Positions 30,248-41,956 of a stretch of 64,000 nucleotides of DNA are shown piece after piece. The position numbers and the translations under genes were made by a program. The notes beneath the pieces are model-generated. The model was not told where the DNA came from. It saw nothing but the letters and a program-made list of their open reading frames with translations, and did no database searches. How positions within the stretch are numbered: the stretch's first letter is position 1; the number at the start of each line of letters is the position of its first letter. The stretch comes from Craspedostauros australis (lineage: Eukaryota). The stretch lies in assembly GCA_030167865.1 (NCBI GenBank), contig JALAGF010002306.1, forward strand, positions 1-64,000, read 5' to 3'.

Positions 30248-31319
30248 ATGGCTGCGCAGAAAGTCAGAGTCAAAAGTAAGGCCACAGCCACGGTCGCACT
30301 CACCGAAGAGGAACTTCAGTGCAAGCCAATCATGGGAGGCATCAAGAAAGTTAAAGGAAGGACTGTCCATTGGACTAGTGGCAAGCCAAAGGCAGGCTGG
30401 TCTAGTTTGGATCTCAAGGGCCGATACAAGAAAGGCGAATTGACCTACCACTACGAACACCAAGTCCATCCAGATTGCATTTACAATTTTGATGAATCAT
30501 GGAAGAGCATGAGGACAGACAGAAAGGATGGACACGCAAGTTCGGCAGAAATGACCATCTCGGTGCATTCAAATGCAATATGTGGAGTCACCTTGTCGCC
30601 ACTGGCACGGATACCATGGCCTACCCACCCCATCCACAGGATGAAACCCACGTCCTCTCAATCATTGAATTCAGCCCGATGTATACGTACAACTCGACAA
30701 CAAAGACTACAGCAACAAAGTTGTACGATCAGTTCTGCAAGAACGTCGATGCGTACGATCACCGCAATGACCATGATGCGCTGAAATTTCCTGAGAACGG
30801 CATCACTGATGAACTTGAAGATGAAATCTATTTGAGGATGAAATCTATTTGAGGATGAAATCCGGTGGACATCGAAGCTTTGTCCTTTTCATGCTCGCTC
30901 TGATCTCATACATCTTGTACTCACCCATGGATCAACACCAGACTTTTGGAGACAAAATCAGACAACGCAGCATCGAATCGTACCCTTGGAAGAATCTCAA
31001 GACCTTCGCACGCGCTTACTGTCGTGATGCACAACTTCTGCACGATACAATGGGGAGCCACATTCGCATCGTCTACTACATGCCGGAGTATTTCGAGAAG
31101 GCAATCCTTCAATATGAAGTTGGATCCACCTTATCTGATGAATTGCACAGTCTGCAAACTGATTTGGAAAACGCTTCTGATGCAAGTGCGAAGATGCGTT
31201 GGGTTGAGCTGTATGAGTATTTTAAGAGCAGACGGGTTGTGCTGGACCCAGGTGCGTGCGCGCGTCTTGAAAGTGCACGGTTGCCGAGTGGAGAGAGGAC
31301 ACTGCCGTCATTCCGTTGA
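30248..31319 (+). mobile_element. Degraded Ty1/copia-type (diatom CoDi-like) gag remnant in three frameshifted fragments
   Basis: Consecutive ORFs 30248, 30499 and 30849 lie in three different frames and carry colinear motifs I recall from diatom copia gag: WTSGKPKAGWSSL, KGWTRKF...FKCNMWSHLVATGTDTMAYPPHP, DAYDHRNDHDALKF, IRQRSIESYPWKNLKTF. No pol or LTR seen. Confidence 0.6.
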
Positions 31320-31682
31320 GGAAACCACCCCCTCCACGGCAGAGGCAAGCCAGCGCGCAGTAAACAAACACTGGAGGATAGCCGCGATGGCTCGTTTGAC
31401 GCAACACACTAAATTCTATTCAGTTACCTCTCATAGTCGCTATTGTATTCCACCACAAATTAATGAAAGTACTGCCAGATTCATGTTGGGAGAGTGGAGT
31501 ACTCTAGAATGCCTGCACGTTGCATGTTGACAATCGCGCACGCTCCACTCATATTCTCCCCTTCGCCTGAGGATAGGAGTGATCCGATTGACGCATCCAA
31601 GATGTCCCATACCTGACTTGGTACTTGTCACACTGAATACACGATATTCAATACTTCATACTTTTGAGTCATAGTACGATTT

Positions 31683-32987
31683 CTAATCATCACTGCTATC
31701 GTCCTTGTTACCGCCGAAACCTCCACCATAATGATCTGGAACAACGTACTCGCAGCATTGCGTACTATCGCATTGTCTGGCAACAGCCCGCTGCGATCGC
31801 AGCTTGATGCGAGGCTGCGCGTCGCCACCGCCACTGTGATGCTCCTCCTCGTACTCAATCGCATTGCAAACAACGTCCAACATGACGTAATCATCGAACC
31901 CGTAGTGCTCCACCAGCCGGTACAAGTATCGCTCCATCGAAGACTGGTACACCATCTCGGACGGATAGTTGACGAGCTCGTTGGACATGACCCACGTCAG
32001 CATCTGCGATGGCAACGTCGCAACGGAACGAGCATTAGCGACCTCGTTGTTGCGCGGCATGATGAAGAAATTGCTGGCCAACCCTCGCCAATCCGCACCC
32101 GGGATGGGCGCTCGCATGGCCGCCACGCCACGTCCCTTGGCCAGAATAAGGGCCGAATCCAGAATCTCGAGATCGTGAAAGAACCAGCCATCGGCCAGCT
32201 TCATCGTGAGGGTGCACCACATGAAGAGATCCTGCCGACGCGCAAAGTCGGTCTCCTTGTCGTAAGCTTCGCGGAACTCCGGTCCGCAGAGATTGTGATT
32301 GAGGTAGCGATTGACCTGCGGCGCATCGAAGGTCCGGACGTGGACCTGGATGCTGCCGTCGCGGATGTTGGTTCGGGATCGAATGAGGTTGGATGCGATC
32401 CTTCTTGCCTCGCGGTTTTCGGGCGTCGCGATGGTGAAGGTTCGGAAGAAGCGCGGCATATCGCGCTCCAGGACGACGGACGGCGGGTACATGGTGGCGA
32501 TGTGATACGGTTTGATGGCGTTCTTGGATCCGTAGAGGAATCTCGGTCGTATGTGGAACAGCGCTGCCATGATGGTGACGACGAGCGCCGTGGCCGCGAC
32601 CATCATCGCCTTGGCTTTTTGCGCGTTCTCCACATCGGCAGACCTCTTCAAGTGACGCTTGATGGTCTCCATTTCATCATCCGCTCGCTTCAGATCGGCG
32701 GTGATTTGTCGTCTGCGCTGTCGCATCAGTTGCTGCTGCTGGCGCTGCTGTTGATGTTGTTGTGGAGGCACTTGCTGATGCCGTGGCTGATACTGAGGCA
32801 GACCTCGCGATTGGGGCACCGACCGCCTTCCTGGTCCTGAGGAGGAGGCGTTACTGTCAGCATTGCTGCCAGCATTGAACCCATCAGCACCATCGCCGTT
32901 CGGCTGTCGTCCTTTGGTCGGTCTTCTCATTCCAGTGCTTCCTCTTGTGATTCTATCGTTCTCAGCGCCAATCTCTTCGTCAAGCAT
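31683..32987 (-). CDS. Single-pass membrane protein with a luminal domain weakly resembling GT-A (GT32/OCH1-like) glycosyltransferases
   Basis: Disordered/coiled-coil N-terminus, TM (MMVAATALVVTIMAALFHI), then YLNHNLCGPEFREAYD...RRQDLFMWCTL...GWFFHDLE, loosely like the D(L/F)xRY.vLy..GGxYxDxD motif. Confidence 0.6.
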   Translation of the reverse strand: MLDEEIGAENDRITRGSTGMRRPTKGRQPNGDGADGFNAGSNADSNASSSGPGRRSVPQSRGLPQYQPRHQQVPPQQHQQQRQQQQLMRQRRRQITADLKRADDEMETIKRHLKRSADVENAQKAKAMMVAATALVVTIMAALFHIRPRFLYGSKNAIKPYHIATMYPPSVVLERDMPRFFRTFTIATPENREARRIASNLIRSRTNIRDGSIQVHVRTFDAPQVNRYLNHNLCGPEFREAYDKETDFARRQDLFMWCTLTMKLADGWFFHDLEILDSALILAKGRGVAAMRAPIPGADWRGLASNFFIMPRNNEVANARSVATLPSQMLTWVMSNELVNYPSEMVYQSSMERYLYRLVEHYGFDDYVMLDVVCNAIEYEEEHHSGGGDAQPRIKLRSQRAVARQCDSTQCCEYVVPDHYGGGFGGNKDDSSDD

Positions 32988-33645
32988 GCTTCCGCAGGCG
33001 CTTTGCTTTCAATTGTGACGCGTGCCGTTGGCAGAATATAGTATTGCTGTTGCTGTTGACAACAGGAGTGGTTTGAGCTTTCGCTGCGGTGATGTTCTTG
33101 TCGGAGAACACTTGTTGTGCCTGTTCTTTGCAACACACAAAGACGTTGGATGCTTCCTGTTCTGTGCAGATTCATCGCGATGGCGAATGTCACAATTCGC
33201 GTCAAACCACCAAAATGTCCAATCCAGTCCATCAAGTCGAAGATGCTATCGCTTGGCCATCGAACCTTAGTCACGAGTTATATCAATCCCACGTCGAATC
33301 CACCATCATCCATTCTCGAAATGACGTATCAAATTTCGTGGTGACGACGACACATCAGAAGCCCTTTGGTGCGATACTTCGTCGCTGATCAGAGAGGAAT
33401 GGAACTCATGCCAAGTTCCGCGTTCCGATGCACAAGATCTCTCTGCCGTCGTTTCCATCACCGTTTCTCTCTTGTGTGTTCGTGGAGGTTGGATGAAGTG
33501 AGGGTCAGACTGGAGGGACCCACAACATCTGCCTCTTGTGCTTTGAATCGTCACATTTCTGTTCCAGCAAAGCAGTCTTCCACCAGAGTACGAGTACGAG
33601 TACAAGTACGAGTGCAAGTAGAATACCCAATACGCTGCTGCAATC

Positions 33646-35076
33646 ATGGCGCCTCCATTCAGCGAAGATCGCAGCGCTGGTGGCCCGACATGCACATCTC
33701 ACGAGAAAAAGCGGAAAGTGTCGGAGCTGCGCAAGGTTTCATACATCGGTACAAACCTGGGGCCACTGGTTAATGGAGAAGATTGCAGTATTGGCAAAAC
33801 TGGTTGCTCTGACAATGATGTTGATGTTTGCCTGGATGCAGATGCTGACGGTTCCGAGGGCGATTCCGACATCGTGATTCTCAGTGAATCACAGGGAACG
33901 GCTCCAGGTGGTATTGATCATCGCAAGCGTCAGCGGACAGATGACCATGTCGGTGTGGAAGCCAGAAGGGTTTCCATTCATCATGACCAACATGGTCCGG
34001 GTGTTGTGGCAGCTTCGACCATCCCTGATGCTCCCGTCGCTCCTTCCCTCGTGATGGGCATCCAGCTGGCCGACAGCACCAATGATGATACACTCACATG
34101 CGATCCAACCTCCACAAACACAACATTGCAAGTCAAGCATACCATCACGCCATTAAACTCTGTCTCCGATCTGCAATCGCAAGCGCTGTTGGAACAGAGA
34201 CGGCATCTTCGTCGCGCATCCGCACAAAGCACCAACGTCACCTCTCTCGTCAGAACGGCAAAAATGACGATGGCCACAACCAAAGCTCCTGCGGAGACTA
34301 CAGCCACCACTCCATCGCATGGAACCCAACAGAATTCACCATTCAATAGACGTACAACTGCAACCACAACCACACCACGCTCACCCATCTCCACAATGAT
34401 CGCAGCCATTGTTTTTGTCACCATGTTCTGTGTCTATCAGTACCACTGCTTCACCCATCAGGCCAACAACGCAGCCATCCTTCCCAACTCCGTTTACGTC
34501 TCCGGTGGAGGATTCTCTGGGTTTTGGTTCATCCTCGGCCAGCTCAACAGCATCGATGCCCATGAGCACCAGCTGGTGTGCTACTCTGCCGGTTGCTTGG
34601 CATCGGTCGTGGCGCTCATGGGATGGAATGTCAATCAAACAACAGATCTGGCATTCGATGTGCAGCAGAAGTGGAGCTCCGGTGAACTAGAACGCACGCA
34701 AGTCGTGACCGAGTTTGTGGATCAGCTGTTGGAGGAATTCGACAGCGACGCGCCGGAATGGCTGTCGAATCTCCACATCATCACGGCCGCCAAGGATGGC
34801 TGGTGGGGCATGAAGACGGTGCTGCACACTGTCTCCTCCATGCCCGAACTCCGCACTCGTTTGCTGCAGACGACGTGGATTCCGTTGGCGACGGGCGATG
34901 GCCTTTGGATGCAGGAAGAAATGGACGGCGTGTTTCACATCTTCCACCATCCTGCATGCACGCAGTCCGTTCGTTTGGCACCTGATTGGTCCATCTACTC
35001 AAACATGTTGAATCCCAACCTCTCACTTGAGTACGTTCACGAATTGGCCAGGTACGGAGAAGCCTACGGGTTGTAA
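33646..35076 (+). CDS. Patatin-like phospholipase domain protein with one TM helix
   Basis: TM (MIAAIVFVTMFCVY), glycine loop SGGGFSGFW, nucleophile elbow CYSAG, and MDGVF near the C-terminus. Confidence 0.75.
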   Translation: MAPPFSEDRSAGGPTCTSHEKKRKVSELRKVSYIGTNLGPLVNGEDCSIGKTGCSDNDVDVCLDADADGSEGDSDIVILSESQGTAPGGIDHRKRQRTDDHVGVEARRVSIHHDQHGPGVVAASTIPDAPVAPSLVMGIQLADSTNDDTLTCDPTSTNTTLQVKHTITPLNSVSDLQSQALLEQRRHLRRASAQSTNVTSLVRTAKMTMATTKAPAETTATTPSHGTQQNSPFNRRTTATTTTPRSPISTMIAAIVFVTMFCVYQYHCFTHQANNAAILPNSVYVSGGGFSGFWFILGQLNSIDAHEHQLVCYSAGCLASVVALMGWNVNQTTDLAFDVQQKWSSGELERTQVVTEFVDQLLEEFDSDAPEWLSNLHIITAAKDGWWGMKTVLHTVSSMPELRTRLLQTTWIPLATGDGLWMQEEMDGVFHIFHHPACTQSVRLAPDWSIYSNMLNPNLSLEYVHELARYGEAYGL

Positions 35077-35302
35077 TGTGTGAGCACTTTGGAATAGAAT
35101 AATATATGATACTTGTAGTGTACGCTTTACATGTGATACAATCCGAGCAATCTCCAAAATGATATCTGATGACGCAAGCGCGCGATGTGAGAGAGTGCGG
35201 ACTACGCGTTACCCGCGCTCAACATTGGGAAGGTACCATACGTGTGCATCTCAGTGATTGTTCGGAGTCTTGCGCGCAAGATTCTTCTTAGGTATTATAC
35301 CA

Positions 35303-37125
35303 TCACTCCTTCATTGCTTTGTTGTGTAACTCATCCAGCTGGCTTTCGAAATGGCCATCCGACGGAAACTCTTCGCCGTAAAACGCATCACGCTCTCTTC
35401 GAATCGATGCAAAGGATTCCAACGATGTTGTCAAGCGCGTCTGTAGTGGCGACTTGCCGATCCCGTACTTGCCTCTGAACAAGGTGTCGCGTGCATTGAG
35501 GAATGTCCATTGCAGGCGTTTAAGGCCGGTGGGTTTGGGACCGAAGGAAAGATCGTACAACGCCTTGCCTTGTGGCACCTGCTTCTTGGAATACTCCAGC
35601 AGCGCTTTGGGCAAGTCGTTGCGATGGCTGCGAATGGCATTGGCTAATACGACAGAGTCTTGTAGGGCGGAGTTGACGCCTTGCCCACTGACTCCGCCTG
35701 TCGATGGGAAAGAAAATGGGCAATTGAAAGATACATAATCACAGTGATGTGCACACACGCATCCATGCATTTTCATAATGTGAGCTAGAGTAGAGCAAGG
35801 TCGACAGCTTCAATTCAACCCTGGATCCATCACACGTATGGGTACAGTCAAGCCGGGTGATCGCAACAGCAACCCATCACGCAAACGCACAGGCAAACAT
35901 TCAGGCAAATACGCACGTGCGCAGCTGTCCAGCCATTCGACACGAATGTGAAACGAAACGTACCGGTTGCATGCGCGGCATCGCCAGCCAAAACGGCCCT
36001 GCCTCCGTAGTTGTAGGTGTTGCAGACCACGGAAGATGCGCTTCCAGCTTTCGTTTGAGCCATCAGCTGTGTCGCCACGTCCCGAAGGGTGTTCTCTCCC
36101 CATTGCGGAAACGAAGCGGTCAAGGACTCGTGCATGGCAGTGACGTTGACAGTATTCGTCAATATTCCCTCATCATCAGTGCTGGAGCTTGCAAAGAGGA
36201 TGCAGCAGCCGCCAGTTGTGTCGGTTGGTTCCACAAAGGCAGTCGTACGCCCGGCCTTTGGAAGGATCAACGAAACGGCCAATGGATCGACGCTTGATGG
36301 GATCTGATCCAATTTGATGACCTTGAATTGGCCGGGCAATTTGGTGCTGGTCGTCTCAAAGGCTGGATGCTCTGCCTCCATGGCCTTGCGCACGATCGAG
36401 TTGACACCATCGCATCCGATGATGATGTCGTATGGTTGGCTTGGCAACGAGTCCTTGGAATCGACCGACACCTGCATCGTCTTTAAGTCGCAATCTTTAA
36501 CCTCACAATCGAACATGGCGTTCAATCGTCCAGTGTTGCCATGGCGTTGTTCCAGCTCCTCCAATAGAGAACCGCACAATGCCGATTGAAACAGCAGGAC
36601 GCTCGGCTCCACCACCTTCCCCGGTTGCTGCCCATCAATGCTATCCTTCTCGCTGCGCAATGGAATCACGAATGGCCCGGCATGCAATTTGAATCGTTCG
36701 CTTTCAAAGCCGCTATTCTTGACCGCCTGCCACAGAGTCTCGTCGACCGACCGAATCGCTGTGCGGCCGCGAATGCCAAGACCCAAAGCGTACGCTCGTG
36801 CATCCATGGCTTGCGACGCCAAGGATCGCGGATCCGCCCGCCCATCCATGAGCGAGACCTTCACGTTGGGCTCCTGGAGCAGCAAGTGGGAGAGCAGCAG
36901 TCCGCAGGGTCCTGCACCGACGATGCAGACGTTGAGAGGTGGTGCCGAATCCGAGCTTGCAGCGTCAGATGATGCAAACAAGGCGTGTGCCGTGTTGTGG
37001 ATCGATTGCCTTTGAGACAGGTGATCGGAGGTTGAAGTGAATGCATCCACTCCGTACTTGAGAGAGGCCAGAAGTGCGCCGATGACGGCGGTGGTCGGGA
37101 CCAGCCGCGTGAAGCTCATTCTCAT
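35303..37125 (-). CDS. FAD-dependent monooxygenase (kynurenine 3-monooxygenase-like), copy A, putative plastid-targeted; two exons
   Basis: Exon 1 37125..35964, intron 35963..35698 (GTACGT...GACAG), exon 2 35697..35303. Motifs IVGAGPCG, IGCDGVNSIVR, and GDAAHATG/GVSGQGVNSAL across the splice. Presequence ...GVDA-FTSTS. Confidence 0.9.
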
Positions 37126-37887
37126 GGTTGCGTCTGTGGATCGTTTCTTCGCTATTTTGATGATTACTCCTTTGTGAGCAGACTGATGGTTGTGTGCTTG
37201 TGAGTCTGGGATGAGTATGGACATACATATAATGTATTATATGTATGGCACCAGTATGCACTTGTGTCCCTACTCCTTTCCTCCAATGCGTGCTTCTCTC
37301 ATGCATCAACGAAACCGAAGCGCGCGGGCTGCCAACGAAGATGTGTTGATGCGTGCGTTGTTGTGGGTGCGTCAGCATCCGTGTTTCAAACATGTCAATC
37401 CTGGACTGCGCGAGCGTCTTTTTCGGAGTGAATCCAAAATCGAAGAAAACACGATTTTGCTTCTGGTACTTCTGCGACAAAAATGAGACCAAAATGTCAA
37501 ACGGTACTACAATTGCGAGATTCTCATTTTTTGGCCATTTCCGCCGATTTGCACACATGATCACTTTGGCCGAATCATAAGCCACAGTCCCGCATGAAAT
37601 CTAACATTGCTCTTTCTCAAGGCATAGGCGAAATGGAACGGAACCACTGAGCTTTGTGTGAGTTGGATGGAGTGAGGAGGGGTAGACTCGAGCAGGGTCA
37701 CACACATGGCACAAGCCTTGTTTTGCAGACATCGGTGTATGCAAGTTGATTTGTGCGTATTATACATATATATTTGTCTCTACTCAGAGTATGCATTTCA
37801 TGTAGTTTTATCTATAATAGTATACACTTCCAACATTCACAGGCGTCATGGTGCCGAGAAGAATTTCCTGCCCGAGGATGCGGCGGT

Positions 37888-39632
37888 CTATGGAGCTTCA
37901 ACCATCCGTCCTTTCAATGTCCGCATTGCGTTGTGTGTTGATGCGATCTTCATGCCTTCGTGGTGCAACTTATCCAGTTCGTATTCAAAGTCGTTCTCAG
38001 TCGGAAAGTCATGCTTGAAAAAGGTATCGCGTTCTCTGCGAAGCGCCGCAAACGATTCCAAAGTTGTGGTCATTCGCGTTTGCAATGGTGCCTTGCCCAC
38101 TCCATACTTGCCATGGAACAAGGCATCGCGTGCATTGTAGAGCGACCATGCCACATGCTTGAGGCCTGTTGCTTTGGGACCGAAGGACAGATCGTACAGC
38201 GCCTTGCCTTGGGGCACCTGCTTCTTGGAATACTCCAGCAGTGCTTTGGGCAAGTCATCGCGATGGTCGCGGATGGATTCGGCCAATGCGAGGGAGTCCA
38301 GCATCGCAGCGTTAACGCCTTGTCCAGTGACTCCACCTGTTTGATGATACAGAGCAATGGGGAACGGAAGATGAATACGTGCATGTGGATGATGTGAGTT
38401 GATCTGTTTCAATGCAGCAACGGACCCACAACACGCATTGGAGAAGAACAGCCATCGATCCAACGCAACACGAAACAAACGAAAGGAGACGTACCGGTTG
38501 CGTGCGCGGCATCGCCAGCCAGTGCGGCCTTGCCACCGTAGTTGTATGTGTTGCAAATCACGGCAGATGCTTTGCCTGCCTTGTTTTGGTCCATCAGCTT
38601 TGCAGCCACATCTTCGAGAACGTCCTCTCCCCATTGCGGATACGAGGCAGTCAAAGATTTGCGCATGGCGGCGGCATCGTCAGTATTCGACAACATCCCT
38701 TCACCATCTCGCCCGTAGCTCGTGAAGAGTATGCAGCATCCACCACTGTTGGTTGGCTCAATGAAGGCAGTCACGCGCCCGGCCTTTGGCAGGACCAGCG
38801 AGACGGCCAGCGGATCGATGGTTGGCGGGACTCGATCCAGTTTGATCACCTTGAATTGGTTAGGGAGTTTGTCGCTCTTCGTCTCAAAGGATGGGTGCTG
38901 CGCATCCATGGCCTTGCGCACGATCGAGTTGACGCCATCGCAGCCGACGACGAGGTCATAGGGTTGGCTTGAAGACGAGTCCTTGGAATCGACCGACACC
39001 TGCATTGTGCTCAAGTCGCAATCTTCAACTTTGCAATTGAACATGGCGTTCAATCGCCCGGTGTTGCCATGGCGTTGCTCCAACTCGGTCCACAGGGATC
39101 TGCAGATTTCCGCTTGATACACCAACACGCTCGGTTCCAGCACCTTCCCCGGCTGCTGCACACTGTCTTCCTCGTTGCGGAGCGGGATGACGAATGGTCC
39201 GGTATGCAGCTGGAATCGTTCGCTCTCGAAGCCGCTGTTCTTGACGGCCTGCCACAGGGTCTCATCGACGGACCGGATGGCCGTGCGAGCACGGATTCCA
39301 AGACCCAAGGCTGAGGCTCGGCTGTCAATTGGTTGGGATGCTGTGGATTGTGGGTCTGCTCGTCCATCGATGATGGAAACATTCACGTTGGGTTGTTGGA
39401 GCAGGAGATGTGAGAGCAGCAGTCCGCAAGGGCCTGCGCCGACGATGCAGACATTGAGAGGTGGTGCCGAATCCGAGCTTGCGGCGTCAGGGGATGCGCG
39501 CAGCTCGTTCACGGTATGATCAGCCCGATGTCGTTGGGAGAAATGAGGGGAGGCTGGAGTGAATGCGTTGACTCCACAGTTGACAGAGGTCAGAAGTGCA
39601 CCGATGACGGCGGCGGTTGAGATGAGCTGCAT
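37888..39632 (-). CDS. FAD-dependent monooxygenase (kynurenine 3-monooxygenase-like), copy B, putative plastid-targeted; two exons
   Basis: Exon 1 39632..38495, intron 38494..38337 (GTACGT...AACAG), exon 2 38336..37888. Same motifs (GDAAHATG/GVTGQGVNAAM). Presequence ...GVNA-FTPAS. Confidence 0.9.
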
Positions 39633-40706
39633 GGTTGTGTGGATTGATTGATCGATCGAATAATCGAGTACGATCTGATCGATTGTGTGTCTCTGTGCTC
39701 GTATTGGGAGCTTTGTTTGTTTGTTCGTTTGTTTGTTTTGCTGATTGCAATTTTATGACACCCTTTTGTTTCGCTAGCAGCCTTTGTATGCAGCTGCGCA
39801 AGTGTACGACCAGGACAGCATACTCGCACCTGAATGCTACTATTCGTTGCTCGGATACAGGAGCATCATGGATGACATAGATGTTGTTACCTTGTGACCA
39901 ATGCTCCATTTCCAACAGCGCACGGGTCGTCATCGATGACTGGTGTAAATGTTCTGTGTATTGGAATCTGATTTGTCCGTGAGCCGGTGTGAATTTGTTC
40001 GCAGTTTGCTCCTCCATGGAACCAGCGCCCGTGTGAGCAGCCACCATCGTTTCGTCTCAAGAGTGTGTGGTACGCGCATGATGGGATTGGCAGATTCGAA
40101 CTGTGTTCGCCAGTGATGGTTAAGTCAAACTGGGTTTGACAGCGATTGTTTCTGATGGCGCCTTGTGGGACTCGCTTCCACGATAGCAAAACCAACATGC
40201 CTTCGAAGCATCTCTCTTGCGCCCGCATCCTCAACTGGATTGCGCCATTGATGCACCATTGCACCGCTCCATGTGCATGTTGTTGTTTGTCTCTCGGTTG
40301 TCGAGGTTATCATCCCTTTGGGAACAGGGTTGATTCCCTCCTCTACGCTGGTCTCTTCGTTATCCACGAGAGAACAGTTCGTCGCTTGGTTTGTGTGTTG
40401 GTGCTGGCTCTTTCCTTGGTCGTGATCGTGGTGCGGAAAATCTGTTTGGTGATGTTCCACGATGTTCACTTGCACGAGCTATTTAGCACAGAGTTCGTGC
40501 TCGATGCCAAAATTCACAACAACAAGCCACCACAAGGACAATCGTTCTTCGGATCCGTATCTTTCGTGCCTGCGCCCAACGCTGCGTGAAGCCTCAAGAT
40601 ACCTTCTTGGCGCTGCGTCACACAGCTCCTGATTGAATGTTCCTTCGCCGGCATCGACACCAACACTGACGACATCTCCAACTTCTCCTCCTTCTTCGTC
40701 TTCATC

Positions 40707-41393
40707 ATGTTGGTTGATCTGCTCGCATCGATGGCTGCCAGCCTCCTGTTGGCCAACAGTGGAAGCGAAGTCGACGTGCAGTCTTCGCGACTGCGACAAC
40801 ATGCGCCACCACCGGCGGTTCTGGTGGAGGCGTACACGGAGTCGCTGTGCATTGATTGCAAGAACTTCGTCAACGATCATCTGATCCCAACGTACAAGAA
40901 GCTAGGACCGCAGGCCATCCAATTGAACATCGTGCCGTTCGGCAACGCTAAGATCAACGATTCCGATCAGACCGTGACCTGCCAGCATGGCAACGCCGAA
41001 TGCGACGCAAACGCGTGGCAACAGTGTGCGTTCCACGCTTACGCCGAGGAACCCGAGACCAACTTGGCATTCCTGGGATGCCTCGAAGACGCCCTGCCCA
41101 TGGGAAGTCGTGATGAACCCTACGATCCCAGTGTGTTCCGTACGTGTGCCCAGGAAGCTTCGATGGATTTTGCAAAGATCGAGAAGTGCCACAGCAATCC
41201 GTTGTATTCCTGGATGTTGCAATCGGACGCAGCGAACAAGACGCCGCAGCATGATCATGTTCCGTGGGTCATGATCAACGGCGTGTACATGGATGAGGAG
41301 AAGTACGACTTGCAGGATGTGGTGTGCCGAGAGTACATCGCCAACGGCGGATCGAATCCTGCATGCTCCTCATCCAAGTCAGTATCGAACTGA
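40707..41393 (+). CDS. Gamma-interferon-inducible lysosomal thiol reductase (GILT) family protein
   Basis: Signal peptide, YTESLCIDC active-site CxxC, IVPFGNA, signature CQHGNAECDANAWQQC, HVPWV. Confidence 0.92.
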   Translation: MLVDLLASMAASLLLANSGSEVDVQSSRLRQHAPPPAVLVEAYTESLCIDCKNFVNDHLIPTYKKLGPQAIQLNIVPFGNAKINDSDQTVTCQHGNAECDANAWQQCAFHAYAEEPETNLAFLGCLEDALPMGSRDEPYDPSVFRTCAQEASMDFAKIEKCHSNPLYSWMLQSDAANKTPQHDHVPWVMINGVYMDEEKYDLQDVVCREYIANGGSNPACSSSKSVSN

Positions 41394-41956
41394 ATATGGA
41401 GCTTTGGGACGGGACGCCGTCTGCGAGAGAGATAAGGTCAGAACTGATAAAGTGAAGAATCGATTGCATGCGACAGTGGCATTGTACCACGCATACATAT
41501 TACTACCACGAGTTGAGTAGTATACTCTGGATGCTCCGGCCGTAGAATTCTGAAGATCATCGATACAGAAGTGTCGCAAAATGGCACCCGCATCCATCCA
41601 TTCATTCCTCATCCCTCGAGCACTTGTACAATACATTTGCACGTTGATCTGAAATAATGTCGATACTCTATTGCGTTACTTTACTTTGCACACGGATACG
41701 AGCTGCAATACTTGAATGCAAGTATCTTACATGGAGACCCACTTGGTCCCCTGTGTGCGGATATTCCATCCATCTGTGTGAGAGATTCTTCTCCTCCGTA
41801 GCAACACGATAAGCCCGGCGAATAACAATCTTCGGCTGCCGAATCAGAGCCGCAACCACAATCGTACGACTTTTCCTTCCCAAACTGCCGCACCAAACTT
41901 CAATTCCAGCTGCAAAAACAGATCCTGCATTCCCTTCCTTTCGTCGCCGCACCCGT

